Origin: Octopus sinensis
Taxonomy: Eukaryota
Direction: 5' to 3'
NCBI RefSeq assembly: GCF_006345805.1
Contig: NC_043022.1
Coordinates: 2,480,001-2,544,000 of the forward strand
DNA length: 64,000 nt
Positions 37,172 to 49,800 of the stretch are shown one piece after another; within the stretch, counting starts at the first letter, position 1; each line of letters begins with the position of its first letter. The position numbers and the translations under genes were made by a program. The notes under the pieces were generated by a model. The model was not told the origin of the DNA, ran no database searches, and saw only the letters and a list, made by a program, of their open reading frames with translations.

Positions 37172-38399
37172 GGTGAGACGTCTCTCTCTCTCTCTCTCTC
37201 TGTGTCTCTCTCTATATCTCTCTCTGTCTGTCTGTCTGTCTTAGAACTCCATCAGACCTTACGAGGGGTCAACCAGCAATACAGGGGCATGACGAGAACC
37301 GTTTTCCACGGCCCAACTACCACCAACATTTTCCCGTTGTTAAATACTTCGACAGCTGTTACCATTTTTGAAACCAAGAAACCATGGAGCGTCTCTGCGG
37401 GGGGCGGAGGGATGGTGAGGGGCACGATTGGCCCCCTTCACCCCTTCCCACTGTAACTTTTGGTTTTTTTTTTGTTTTTTTTGGTTTTTTTGCTACCAAA
37501 ACTCCTGAACTTTAAAAAAAAAAAGGGTAAAAAAACAACAACACCTATGAACCTGACTTGTTTGATCTACAGCTTCTCAGGGGCAGTTAATGAACGCAAC
37601 AGCAGCAGCAGCAGCGGCACCATGATTTTTATGGACCCAAACAGCAAAATGGTGGTGGGGGGAATCAGTATCAATGATGAAAACTCCCAAAACAAACCAA
37701 CCCCAACACGACTCTTACGGAACAAAGAACTCGATTAGACTCCCATGAACATGTAAAGAACTCCGTTGTTTTTTTTTTCTTTTTTTTTTTTTTATAAAAA
37801 AAAACACACACACAGACACACACACACACATACAAAATTTTTTTAAAAAATGCCCCTTCTGCTAAGCGCCGCCTCGAGTTCGGAAGGCTTGCACTTCTCA
37901 ATACAACTTTTTCCCCCCCCCTTTATCGGCTTCAAAAAAGACTGAGAAAAAAAAATCTTTCTTTTGAGTAAAAAAAAAAAAAATAATAATAATAATAATA
38001 TAAAATAAAATAAAAAGACAATTGTGTTCTTCATTTCCGCCCTCCCCCCCCCATTTCTCCCCCCCTCTCTTTTTTTCTTTCAACTCTGTTGTTTTGAGAT
38101 CAGTGGAGCATGAAATCTCCGATGGGAAGATCCTTAGCATCATCCGGGTTGCCATGAAAGATAAATGCCATGTCAAAAACAGAAACAAATTTTTAAATAA
38201 ATATATATATGTATGTGTATATATATATATGTATATGTATATATTTATGTATCTGTATATATGTATGTATATATATATATATATATCTATGTGTGTATGT
38301 ATATATATCTATATATATATATATGCATATGTGTGTGTGTATATATATATATATATATCTATGTGTGTATGTATATATATCTATATATATATATGCATA

Positions 38400-38440
<41 letters not shown>

Positions 38441-39488
38441 ATATATTTATATGTATGTATGTATATAAAAGCCCCAGTGCTCTGAAGAACTTGGTGGTCT
38501 TTGACTGGTTTCTGGCACTGACCGAGCAGTGCCGTGTCTCGAGTAGTCCCTCCCACCCTCCCCTCCTTTGTGGTGACTGGGGAGGGGTTTTTTAATTTTA
38601 TTTTTAATTTAATTTTTTTTTTTTTTTTTGTTAGTCATTGCTAATTTTAATTAGTCTCTTCATTTCAGAATAATTACAAAAATATTTAAAAAAAACAACA
38701 AAAAACAAAAGGGATGGTATGTGGGTGGTTGATCAAAAGACAAGTCACTCTGCTTGCTTTATCTTTTCACTATTTCCAGAGTAAATGTAATTAATAATAA
38801 TAATAATAATAATAATGACAGGCCTGGATATTTACACATACAAAAAAAAAATAATAATAATAATTGTAAAAAAGAATTAATATTTAAAAAAAAATATGTA
38901 AAAAAAAATAATAAAATAACAGATTGTAAAAAAAAAATTGGCAAAAAAATATAGAAAAATATGTAAATTTCTTTTGACCCCAGTTCAACATCTGCAAATG
39001 TTGATTAGTGATATTGTAATAATTGTTAATTATTATTGCTAATTACAACAACTATTGCTAGTCTGACATCGGCACTGCCACCATCACCACCACCACCACC
39101 AGTTCTTGCCTGTTGTATAAAGCGCTGTGTTTTCCTCCCTGCTCCCCCACACTGAAATACTCTGGACTTTGAAGTCAAATACGAACCCTTTGTTTTTGTA
39201 AGTGTGTGTGTGTGTGTGTATATGCATGTGTGTGTGTCTGTGCATGCATGTGTGTGTGTATGTGTATAATGATATATGTCTGTGTGTGTGTAATGTTATG
39301 TGTGCGTTATATACACCAGCAGGTCCAATTAGTGGTGTGGCAGTAACGATTTCCTGCAGGGATCCGATGATGACGATGATGATGTTGATAGGGGTGACCG
39401 AGCCGGGGCCTGAAGCGAGAGCAGGCAGAGGTGATAGCGGCGGCGGCGACTGGAGCAGCTGCAACTTGTGGGGTTTGTCTTACGTCAG

Positions 39489-39507
39489 TAGCCACTAGGT
39501 GGCACTA
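39489..39507 (+). promoter_or_regulatory. CTCF-like motif TAGCCACTAGGTGGCACTA
   Basis: Close match to the bilaterian CTCF core (CCAC-AG-(G/T)GGC-C) at the end of a unique GC-rich island. Confidence 0.5.
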
Positions 39508-40101
39508 AAAGCCCTTCCTGCCCCCCAGCCCCAATCACCCACCCACTCAGCCCCACTCAACACCCACCCAGCTAAACAAGGCTACTTCTTGGAAAACTCA
39601 TCCTACAAAAGACTGAAGCAGAGGGGGTCACCAACATGTGAAACCACGGGATATAATGACTCGTTATTCTGAGGTGATGGTCTTCAATCACCATTGCTAT
39701 ATATATATGTATGTATCTATGTGTGTGTGTGTATATATATATATTTATATGTATACACACATAAACATAGATGTGTGTCTATATATATATATATATATAC
39801 ATATATATACACACTCACACACACACACACACACCTATATATAAATATATATGTATATATATCTATATACTGTACAGGAACTAATGACAACGACTACTAC
39901 TACTACTACAACTACTACTACTACAACTTTGATAATGAATGTGTTCTGATAGCCAGGTTTGGTCCTATCAGGGAATCTAGAAGAACTGGTGAAATCTTGT
40001 GTTTACCATTTTGTCATCTGCCCATTCTTTCCTTCATACAATTTTCCCTTCCTCAAAGACATCATTTATGCGTTATTTTAATTAGAAATATTTTCTTGTC
40101 A

Positions 40102-40107
40102 AATAAA
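40102..40107 (+). terminator. Putative polyadenylation signal AATAAA
   Basis: Followed ~30 nt later by a long U/GU-rich tract; transposon-derived sequence resumes at ~40230. Confidence 0.55.
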
Positions 40108-42284
40108 TGTAAGATTATTGGTTAAAACATGGAATTTTTTCCTCTCTTTGTTGTTCTTTTTTTTTCCCCCATTTTTTTTTTTTTTTTTTTTTATTTTTAT
40201 GTATTTGTGTATTTTGTTGCAGAATTTGTTAACCGTGTGTCTCCTGCGTTTGAATTAATGCTCAACCATTTTATCACCATAGTTCTGTTGAAATATGCCA
40301 ACTTCAGTTTGGTCAGTTTTGAAAATAATTAACAATTTAGTAAAATAATTTTGTTGTTATTAAGCTAATTTTGGGAATATAAATCAACCTGAAATTTTGG
40401 TGGAAGGTTTTAACCCTTTCATTACCATATTTCTGTTGAGATGCTCTGTGTTTCTTTCAATTATTTTAAATATAACAAAGAATTCAGTAAAATAACTTAG
40501 TTATCATTGAAGCTAGTTTTAGGAACATAAATTGTGACTAAGGTTTGGTGGAAGATTTTAATTCAAAACTTTTGAAACCAAGACATTTGTACTACAGAGC
40601 CAGAAGCAGTTTCAGCCAGGTTGGTATCAAAAGGGTTTATTTGCAGATTTTATTTGACTTGTTAGAAATAGCAGCCAAATCTTGTGCAAATTGAAGACAC
40701 ATTTGACTGACTGTCTTTAGCCCTTTTGTTACCATATTTCTGTTGAGAGGCTCTGTGTTTTCTTTCAATTCATTTTAAATATAACCAAGAATTTAGTAAA
40801 ATAACTTGATTATCATTGAAGCTAGTGTTAGGATCATAAATTGTGACAAAGGTTTGGTGGAAGATTTTAATTCAGAACTTTTGAACACAAGACACTTGTA
40901 CTATAGAACCAGAGATGGTTTCAAAAGGGTTGATCTAGATCACTTAAACCGTTTTGTTACCATATTTTCTATTGAAATACACTTTCTGAAAATAATGAAG
41001 AATTTAATAAAAGAACTTTGTCATAAGTGTGTTTGTAACTTTGCAGTTCAGCAAAAGAAACCAATAGAATAAGTACTAGGCTTACAAAGAATAACTCCAG
41101 GGGTCGATTTCTTCGACTAAAGGCATTGCTCCAGCATGGCCGCAGTCAAATGACTGAAACAAATAAAAGGATAAAAGAAAAATTATTAATCAAGTTATTT
41201 AGATGAACATGAAATTTTGAGGGTGAGTTATAATTTAGATCACTTTAACCCTTTTGTTACCATATTTCTGTTGAAATACACTGTCTTTTGTTTCAATTAA
41301 TTTTGAAAATATGAATAACTTTGTTATTCTTGGTTCAATATTGTACAAAAAATGAAGAGAGAAATAGGTGAGGGAACAACAAGCAAGGCATATTAGTTGA
41401 GCACCCAGGGAAAATGGAGAAGTCTTTGACATTTCAAACCTATGCTCTTCTACGATAACTTTGTTATTAAGCTGGTTTGTGAAACATTGCATGAAAATTT
41501 TGATAAAACATTTTAATTTAAATCAATTTTAGCCTTTCTTTCTTTTATGTGTGTTGAAAGATTCTGCCTTTGTTTCAGCAAATTTTGAAAATAATGGAAT
41601 TGATGTATCATAACTTTGCCATTATTATTATTATTAAGCTGATTTTTGGAACGTAGCATGACTGTTTTGATAGGAAGTTTTCATTTAGATCTCCTTAAGA
41701 AACGAAGTTCATATAAAACCAGGGACAGTCTCAGGTAAGTTGGTATCAAAATCGTGAGGTGACATGCCTACATTTTCAACAACAGCAACAACAGGAGGAA
41801 GTTTTGTTTTTATTTGTTTATTTTATTGAATGGTTTGCTTCCTGAACCGAAGGGTAAGCACTGGTCTTGTTGGTGATGATGCTGGTATGGACTTCGTAAA
41901 GACCCTGAAATAAATCTGTTCCTTTGTAAACATTGTGAGGTAACGTGGTTGAATTGATAAAGCATTCAATTTGCTGACTGATTCATCTGTTTCAATTTTG
42001 TGTATTTTATTGTATTTTAAAGGCAGGAAATTTTTTTCTCTGCATCACCTCAGTATTCCTCATCCAGGAGGTTGTTTTTATGTATTTCTGTTCAATTATT
42101 AATTTTAAAGATAGGTGCAGGAGTGGCTGTGTGGTAAGTAGCTTGCTAACCAACCACATGGTTCCGGGTTCAGTCCCGCTGCGTGGCATCTTGGGCAAGT
42201 GTCTTCTACTATAGCCTCGGGCCGACCAAAGCCTTGTGAGTGGATTTGGTAGACGGAAACTGAAAGAAGCCCGTCGTATATATG

Positions 42285-42317
<33 letters not shown>

Positions 42318-44209
42318 GTGTTTGTCCACCTAGCATTGCTTGACAACCGATGCTGGTGTGTTTACGTCCCCGTCACTTAGCGGTTCGGCAAAAGAGACCG
42401 ATAGAATAAGTACTGGGCTTACAAAGAATAAGTCCCGGGGTCGATTTGCTCGATTAAAGGTGGTACTCCAGCATGGCCACAGTCAAATGACTGAAACAAG
42501 TAAAAGAGTAAAAGAGAGTAACACATTAACTGCCAAATGTACCAGGGATCTTTGCAGACTTCCCACAAACGCCAATAAAGGGGCTGTGGTGTTTTAACCC
42601 TTTGGTGTTTGCATTATTCTGCCAAAATTAATGCTTTTTTCATCCATACTGTTTTGAACTAATCAGGCATTATGTTGTAGCAATGAGATTTTGATGAGGT
42701 AGCTGTTAATTTTTAAAACGATGTTGTAGGGTTGGTGTGAGAGACCAGATCTGGCCAGTTTGAACATAAAACAGGCAGAATACTTTTGGCCGGTTTTAAT
42801 GCTACAGGGTTAATGTGTGAAACCATATCAGGGCTGATGCTATAAAAAGAAATCTACAACACGTATCAATTTAGCATGGAATCCCCTTCTGAGGTCTTCC
42901 ACTTTATCCAGGATCGTTTCCATTCCTGGAACTCCTCTTTTTTGGAACAGAGCAGCTGTCTTGTTGAATCTTCTTAGTTTCAGGATCATAGTCACAGACT
43001 TACAATTCATCACCTGTTACGTCTGTTTTCAAAAACTCATCTTCCTCAACTCACTCTAGGAGATCCTGCGCAGCTGGGACCCGATCTTGATTTTGGAGAC
43101 GACCACATCATCATCATTCATCATTGTTCGACCCTGGTCGAGACAATGGAATTTAGCATGCTACGCCAGACTTCACGGTCCATCATGGCATTACGGAGGT
43201 CCTGTTGCTGGATGCCTGTATCCCTGGAGATTACATCAGAGTAGGAGAGTGTGCGCCCTCTGGTATTGCGAGCAGATGGCTTCCAGAGGAGAAGAGTATA
43301 AATTACTTCTTTTTCAGCTCTACAACAATGACGACCACACCCTCTAGTCATTAGCAGTGAGCAGGAATGTTATAACTTAATGGAGCATGTGCGTCAGAGT
43401 TCAAGTTCGGTCTCTGCCAAGTGACCTCACTCTGTGCACTTCGACTCCGTTACCATAGCAACAATCCCAATACTTTTCAATCACCCCTTATAAGGACAGG
43501 CGGGTGTTGTTGGAAAGAAGACATTGATGTTAGCGACAGGGTGTCAGAGCAGATTCTGAAAGCGTTTGTGTGTATGATGAAACTCATAGTTATGTCTTTA
43601 CCAAATTCATTCTTTCTTTTATGTGTGTTGAAAGATTCTGCCTTTGTTTCAGCAAATTTTGAAAACAATGGAATTGATGTATCATAACTTTGCTGTTATT
43701 ATTATTATTAAGCTGATTTTTGGAACATACCATGACTGTTTTGATAGGAAGTTTTCATTTAGATCTCCTTAAGAAACGAAGTTCATATAAAACCAGGGAC
43801 AGTCTCAGGTAAGTTGGTATCAAAATGGCAATACTGAATCATGTCTGGGCCTAGTAAGATGCAACGTGAAACCACCTGGTTGGTGAGGGGCAAACCTCTG
43901 CATCACACACACACACATAATCATCATCATCATCATTTAACATCTATTTTCAATGCTGCCATGGGTTGGATGGTTTCACAGAAGCTGGTCAACTGGAGGG
44001 CTGTCCAGGCGCATGGTTTCTACAGCTGGGTGCCCTTCCTAATGCCAACCACTTCACAGAGTGGACTGGGTGCTTTTATGCAGCATGCACGAACCTGCAA
44101 GGTTAGGGGTGCTCAGCTGAAGAGAGATGCAGGGCACATGCCTGGATGCAATGGCAATTAGGATTTTACTTAGCAAACCAACAGGAGCCTTATATATATA
44201 TATAAATAA

Positions 44210-44449
44210 ATGCGCCCTTTTTAAATCCTAGCCAGGCTCATGGGCCCGGTTTCCGTGGCGTATGTGTTCCCCAGCTGGATGGGACGCCAGTCCATCGCAG
44301 CGTTACTCATTTTTGCCAGCTGAGTGGACTGGAGCAACATGAAATGAAGTGTTTTGCTCAAGAACACAATGCGTCGCCCGGTCCCGGAATCGAAGCCACA
44401 ATCTTATGATCATGATGCTGACGTCCTAACCGCTAAGCCACGCGCCTCC
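44210..44449 (-). mobile_element. tRNA-headed SINE with CORE-like body and GCGATGGACTGGCGTCCCATCCAG segment
   Basis: A/B boxes on the minus strand; body shared with ~10206-10445 and ~51995-52280, which carry the family D tail. Confidence 0.75.
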
Positions 44450-46316
44450 ACACACACACACACATATATCTTTTACTTGTTTCAGTCATTTGACTGCGGC
44501 CATGCTGGAGCACCGCCTTTAGTCGAGCACATCAACCCCAGGACTTATTCTTTGTAAGCCTAGTACTTATTCTATCGGTTTCTTTTGCCGAACCGCTAAG
44601 TTATGGGGATGTAAACACCAGCATTGGTTATCAAGCGATGTTGGGGGGACAAACACACACACACATATATATATATATACATATATACGACAGGCTTCTT
44701 TCAGTTTCCGTCTACCAAATCCACTCACAAGGCATTGGTCGGCCCGCGGCTATAGCAGAAGACACTTGCCCAAGATGCCACGCAGTGGGACTGAACCCGG
44801 AACCATGTGGTTCGTAAGCAAGCTACTTACCACACAGCCTCTCGTCATTTTTCTTACCATCATCATCATCATCATCATTATCGATTACACTGGTCCCCAG
44901 TACACAACTGGTACTTATTTTATCGACCTCAAAAGGATGAAAGACAAAGTTGACTTAGTCAGAATTTGAACTCAGAACATAAGGACGGACGCAATGTCCT
45001 TAAGCATTTCGCCCAGCAAGCTAACAATTCTGCCAGTTACATATACTGCAATTTATGCTCACTTAATGTCGGATTGACCGTTGCTAAAATGCTGATCTTC
45101 AGTTGAATGTCCTCCCAGGTAGACGTGTAAGTCTTCGTATCTGTCCAGTTCCACCAAAAGGTAGTTTCCAAGGGAGATAAGTCATCCGGTACTAAATACC
45201 TCGACTCACAAGTTTACTCCGAACACACGTAAACTCCTTTATCGAGGGACAGTAACCCTTTGCCATATCGTGGCTTATTATTCTTCTATGGTGTTGTTTT
45301 GCATTTAGGATAAAATAAATATATACAAATTATGAAAATAAAAAATTTATACAGTACAATACTGATTTTCACCCATCGCGGGGCGAGGTTTGGAAAGTAA
45401 CACCTGCAATAGTCAAGGGATTACTCTCTTTTTTTTCTCTTTTTATTTGTTTCCGTCATTTGACTGCGGCCATGCTGGAGCACCGCCTTTAGTCGAGCAA
45501 ATCGACCCCGGAACTTATTCGTTGTAAGCCCAGTACTTATTCTATCGGTTTCTTTTGCCAAACCGCTAAGTGACGGGGACGTAAACACACCAGCATCGGT
45601 TGTCAAGCAATGCTAGGGGAACAAACACAGACACACATATATATACATATATACGACGGGCTTCTTTCAGTTTCCGTCTACCAAATCCACTTAGGAGGCT
45701 TTGGTCGGCCCGAGGCTATAGTAGAAGACACTTGCCCAAGGTGCCACGCAGTGGGACAACCCGGAACCATGTGGTTGGTTAGCAAGCTACTTACCACACA
45801 GCCACTCCTGCGCCTATATATATATATCATCGTCGTCGTCGTTTAACGTCCGCTTTCCATGCTAGCACGGGTTGGACGGTTCGACCAGGGTCTGGGAAGC
45901 CAGGAGGCTGCACCAGGCTCCAGTCTGATCTGGCAATGTTTCTACGGCTGGATGCCCTTCCTAACGCCAACCACTCCGTGAGTGTAGTGGGTGCTTTTTA
46001 TGTGCCACTGGCACAGGTGCCAGACGAGGCTGGCATCGGCCACGATCGGTTGGTACTTTTTATGTGCCATCGGCACAGAAGCCAGTCAGGGCGGCGCTGC
46101 CGTCGGCCACGTTCGGATGGTGCTTTTTAACACACTTACATACACACACAGTAATCCCTGAACATATCACGGTGTATTATTTTAATCTTACCGTGGTGTT
46201 GTTTTGTATTTATAATAAAATAAATATATACAAATTATTAAAATACAGTACAGCCCTGTTTCTACTTTGTGAGGGGTGAACGTAACACCTGCGGTACCCG
46301 AGGGATTACTCTAGAT

Positions 46317-46517
46317 CAGTGGTTTTTCAACCAGGGTTCCGCCAGTACAGTCCAGGGTTTCTGCAAGAAGTTACAAAACTGCTAAAATCAGCAGTAATTT
46401 TTAAGTCTCCTGTGCAGATATGAGTGCATAAGACTATTAATTATTGCACAGGGGTTCCCCGAGCCAGTGGAATGTTTCCTTGGGGTTCCGCTCCAGCAAA
46501 AAGTTTGAAAAGCACTG
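46317..46517. mobile_element. hAT-type MITE with 8-bp TSD
   Basis: TIRs CAGTGGTTTTTCAA / TTGAAAAGCACTG; CTCTAGAT on both sides. Second copy 59421-59640. Confidence 0.88.
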
Positions 46518-48160
46518 CTCTAGATACGTGGAAGCACTCCGTCGGTTTCGACGATGAGGGTTCCGGTTGATCCGTGAAATTAATGTGTAAGTGGCTGAGC
46601 ACTCCACAGACACGTGCACCCTTAACGTAGTTCTCGGGGATATTCAAAGAGTGACAAGGCCGGCCCCTTGAAATACAGGTACAACAGAAACAGGAAGTAA
46701 GAGTGAGAGAAAGTTATGGTGAAAGAGTGCAGCAGGGATCACCACCATCCCAGCTGGAGCCTCGTGGAGCTTTTTAGGTGTTTTCGCTCAATAAACACTC
46801 ACAACGCCCGGTCTGGGAATCGAAACCGCGAGTCCGCTGCCCTAACCACTGGGCCATTGCGCCTCCACGCTCTAGATATATGCACATGCTTACTCTATGG
46901 GCTTTCATCCAGTTTCCTGCTATTCTTTTCGTTTACTTGTTTCAGTCATTTGACTGTGGTCATGCTGGAGCACGGCCTTTAGTCAAACAAATCCACTCAC
47001 AAGGCTTTGGTCAGCCTGCTGCTAGAGTAGAAGATTGCTTAAACGGAAACGGTTGTTGTGCGTGTGTGCAATATGCTGCGTGGAGTTATCTCCCTTTGTA
47101 TGGCAAATGGGTGAAAACCTCGCGATCCAATCCAGCGATAAATTACCGTATTTGATGGCCTAAAAAGACGCACGGGTATGTTAGACGCACCCTTATTTCA
47201 GTTCTGTATATTCATGAATATTAAGTAATTACACATATGAGATGTTTTTTGGGGTTTTTTTCATGATATTTGAAAAGAAAACGCTTCTTGAACGCTATCA
47301 AATTCTCCATGCTGGAGTAATTTTTGTCTTCATTAAGCTGATATTTGGAACATAAAATTAACATGATATTTTAGTGGGAAGTTTTAATTTAGATCACTTT
47401 AACCCTTTTGTTACCATATTTTTGTTGAAATGCATGGACTTTGTTTCAATTAATTTTGAAAATAATTAAGAATTTAATGAAATAATTCTGTCTTCATTAA
47501 TCTGGTGGTTGGAACATAACAAGAAAGTTTGATGGAAGGTTTTCATTAAGATCCCTTTAAAATAGGGTGTTTGTCTCATAGAACAAGGATCAGTCTCAGG
47601 TGGATTGCTATCAAAAGAATTAACCCCTTCTTTACCCCCCATTTCCCTTGAAATAAACTACTTTTGTTTCAGTTTCTGTTGAAAATAATAAAGAATTTAT
47701 CAAAATAATTCTGTCTTCATTAATCTGGTGTTGGGAACATAACCTGATAATTTTGGTAAAATGCTTGATTTCTACCATTTTAAGGGAAGAATTTTTTTGT
47801 CATAGAATCAAGAGTTGGTCTCAGGTAGGTTGCTGTCTAAAGGGCCAACACACCTTCATTGGAAGGTGTTGGTCTCCTGTTGCTTCATCCAGGTAAGTTT
47901 ATGTCCCACAAAGCATTCCCATAAATGCTTGGTCCCTATTTTCTATACTACCATTGATTAATTAAGCCATCAGTCCCCAAATTTTTTTTATTTAATTTAT
48001 TACCAAAAATCTTTTTTATACAAGGAGATGTACTCGCATAGCAAGTGATTTGATCTGAGATCGTGTGCTGAAACGAAAACAATTGCAGCGTGGAAGGTGT
48101 TTGTAAGCCATTTAAGAAACACACAAAAGCCATTCGATTCACTTCAACATTTAAGTTTAA

Positions 48161-48211
48161 TTTGTCAAAATATTTTCGTCACTTTGAGACTGCGACCTGT
48201 TCACTGACAAA
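48161..48211 (-). ncRNA. Minimal type I hammerhead ribozyme variant with G3-C8 core
   Basis: Minus strand reads TTTGTCA-GTGAACA-G-GTCGC-agtctcaaa-GTGAC-GAAA-ATAT-T-T-TGACAAA. Confidence 0.7.
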
Positions 48212-48219
48212 AATCCGTG

Positions 48220-48266
48220 TGTCAGTGAACAGGTCACGGTCTTAAAGTGACAAAAATATTTTGACA
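48220..48266 (+). ncRNA. Inverted second copy of the G3-C8 hammerhead motif, with GAAA changed to AAAA (probably inactive)
   Basis: TGTCA-GTGAACA-G-GTCAC-ggtcttaaa-GTGAC-AAAA-ATATTT-TGACA. Confidence 0.6.
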
Positions 48267-49384
48267 AATTAAACTTAAATGTTGAAGTGAATCGAACGGC
48301 TTTTGTGTGTTTCTTAAATGGCTTACAAACACCTTCCACGCTGCAATTGTTTTTTTATACAACTTTATTTGATACTAAATATATTAAAAAAATGTTATTA
48401 CAATATTTGAAAGACACTACAGTCTTGATAGTAGAGGCACATGGCCTAGTGGTTAGAGCAGCGAACTCGCAGTCGAAGGATCATGGGTTCGAATCACAGA
48501 CCGGGTGATTTGTGTGTTTATGAGTGAAACACCTAAGCTCCACGTGGCTCCGGCAGAAGGTAATGGTGAACTTCTGCTGACTCTTTCGCCACAACTTTGT
48601 TTCATTCTTTCCTCCTGCATCTTGCAGCTCACCTGTGACGGACCGGCGTCCTGTCCAGGTTGGGAACCTATACACCAAGGAAACCAGGAAACCGGCCCTT
48701 ATGAGCCAGGCATGGCTCGAGAAGGAGGAACAATAGTCTTGATGACTAATTAAAGATATCTCAGAAAAATCCAGGTATTTCAGAAATCTGATGGATTATC
48801 CTTCTGGTCCTAAAAAAAAAGGACCATGGGTGCTAATCGGTTAAGTAAAGCAGTGTAAAACTGTGGAAACTTGAGTGAGAAACCCCAAAGGACCACAAAC
48901 ATCAAGCATCAGATTTGAACTTGTAACACCTGAGTTGGTATTTCAGTCATTTAAACCTCTCTCTCTCTCTTTGTTCACATCTGAAATGGTCTGAAGCATC
49001 AAGCATCTAATGAGTGCAGATGCCCAAAGGGCAGACTGAAGTTGGTCGCTTATTGGAGTGCTTGAAGTTTAAGTGTTCCACAAAAGCTAATCGGATATTT
49101 TGGCCAACCCAGTAAAGTGTTTTGCTCAAGAAGACAATGCATCTGCCCAGTCCAGGAATTGAAACCACAATCTTATGATCATGAGTCCAACACCCTAACC
49201 ACTAAGCCTACCCTGATGTAATCTCCAGGGATACAGACATCCAGCAACAGGACCTCCGTAATGCTATGATGCACCGTGAGGCCTGGCATAACATAGTAAA
49301 TTCCATTGTCTCGACCACGGTCGAACAATGATGGTGAAGCCATGTGCCTCCACGAAGCGGACATTAGTGGGATTTGAACTCAAA

Positions 49385-49800
49385 GCATGTAAAACCTGGC
49401 ACTCCATTGAGCACCAAAATACGATTTTACCAAAGTAACATACCTAGCACCCTCCTCTGTGGATCCAAATGCTGGGAAACAACCAAAAGTATTGAAAAGG
49501 AATTGGAAGGGTTTAGGAAAATGTTTAGGAAAACTTTTGCAGGTCCACTGGCCGAATATGATCTCGATTAGCCAACAACACAGCAAGGCTAACGTGAAAA
49601 CTATTGAAGCCAGGAGATGGAAATGGCTGGGTCAAGTTTGTCACTATAAACCAAACTCAGTTGTCAGGATCACTTTGCAATGGGTTCCAGAAGGTACAAG
49701 AAGACGTGGGCGACCGAAGGAAACCTGGCTGGGGACAATAACAAAAGATCTTAAAAGCTGAGGGTTAACAATAGAACAAGCTGTCAACGGCGCTTTCAGT
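49385..49800 (+). mobile_element. Decayed RTE LINE 3' fragment (different family)
   Basis: Frameshifted TKIRFYQSNIPSTLLCGSKCW and RRWKWLGQV...LQWVPEGTRRRGRPKETW. Confidence 0.8.

Larger units (their letters stand above)
36251..40130 (+). other. Probable terminal exon / long 3' UTR of the NCoR-like gene
   Basis: Strong acceptor CCCTCTTTGCAG ending 36250 (phase-1 join gives ..KIDD*). About 3.9 kb with no recognisable SINE/MITE, unlike its flanks; ends at AATAAA plus a U/GU-rich tract. Confidence 0.6.
48076..48353. repeat. Inverted repeat, 134-bp arms, 10-nt spacer (Penelope-like inverted pseudo-LTRs)
   Basis: 48076-48209 vs 48220-48353, about five mismatches; each arm carries a hammerhead-like motif. 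Confidence 0.9.

Noticed and set aside
38200-38470. YI/CV-rich ORFs here and at ~32690, 35100, 51420, 60600
   Set aside because: Translations of (TA)n/(TG)n microsatellites.
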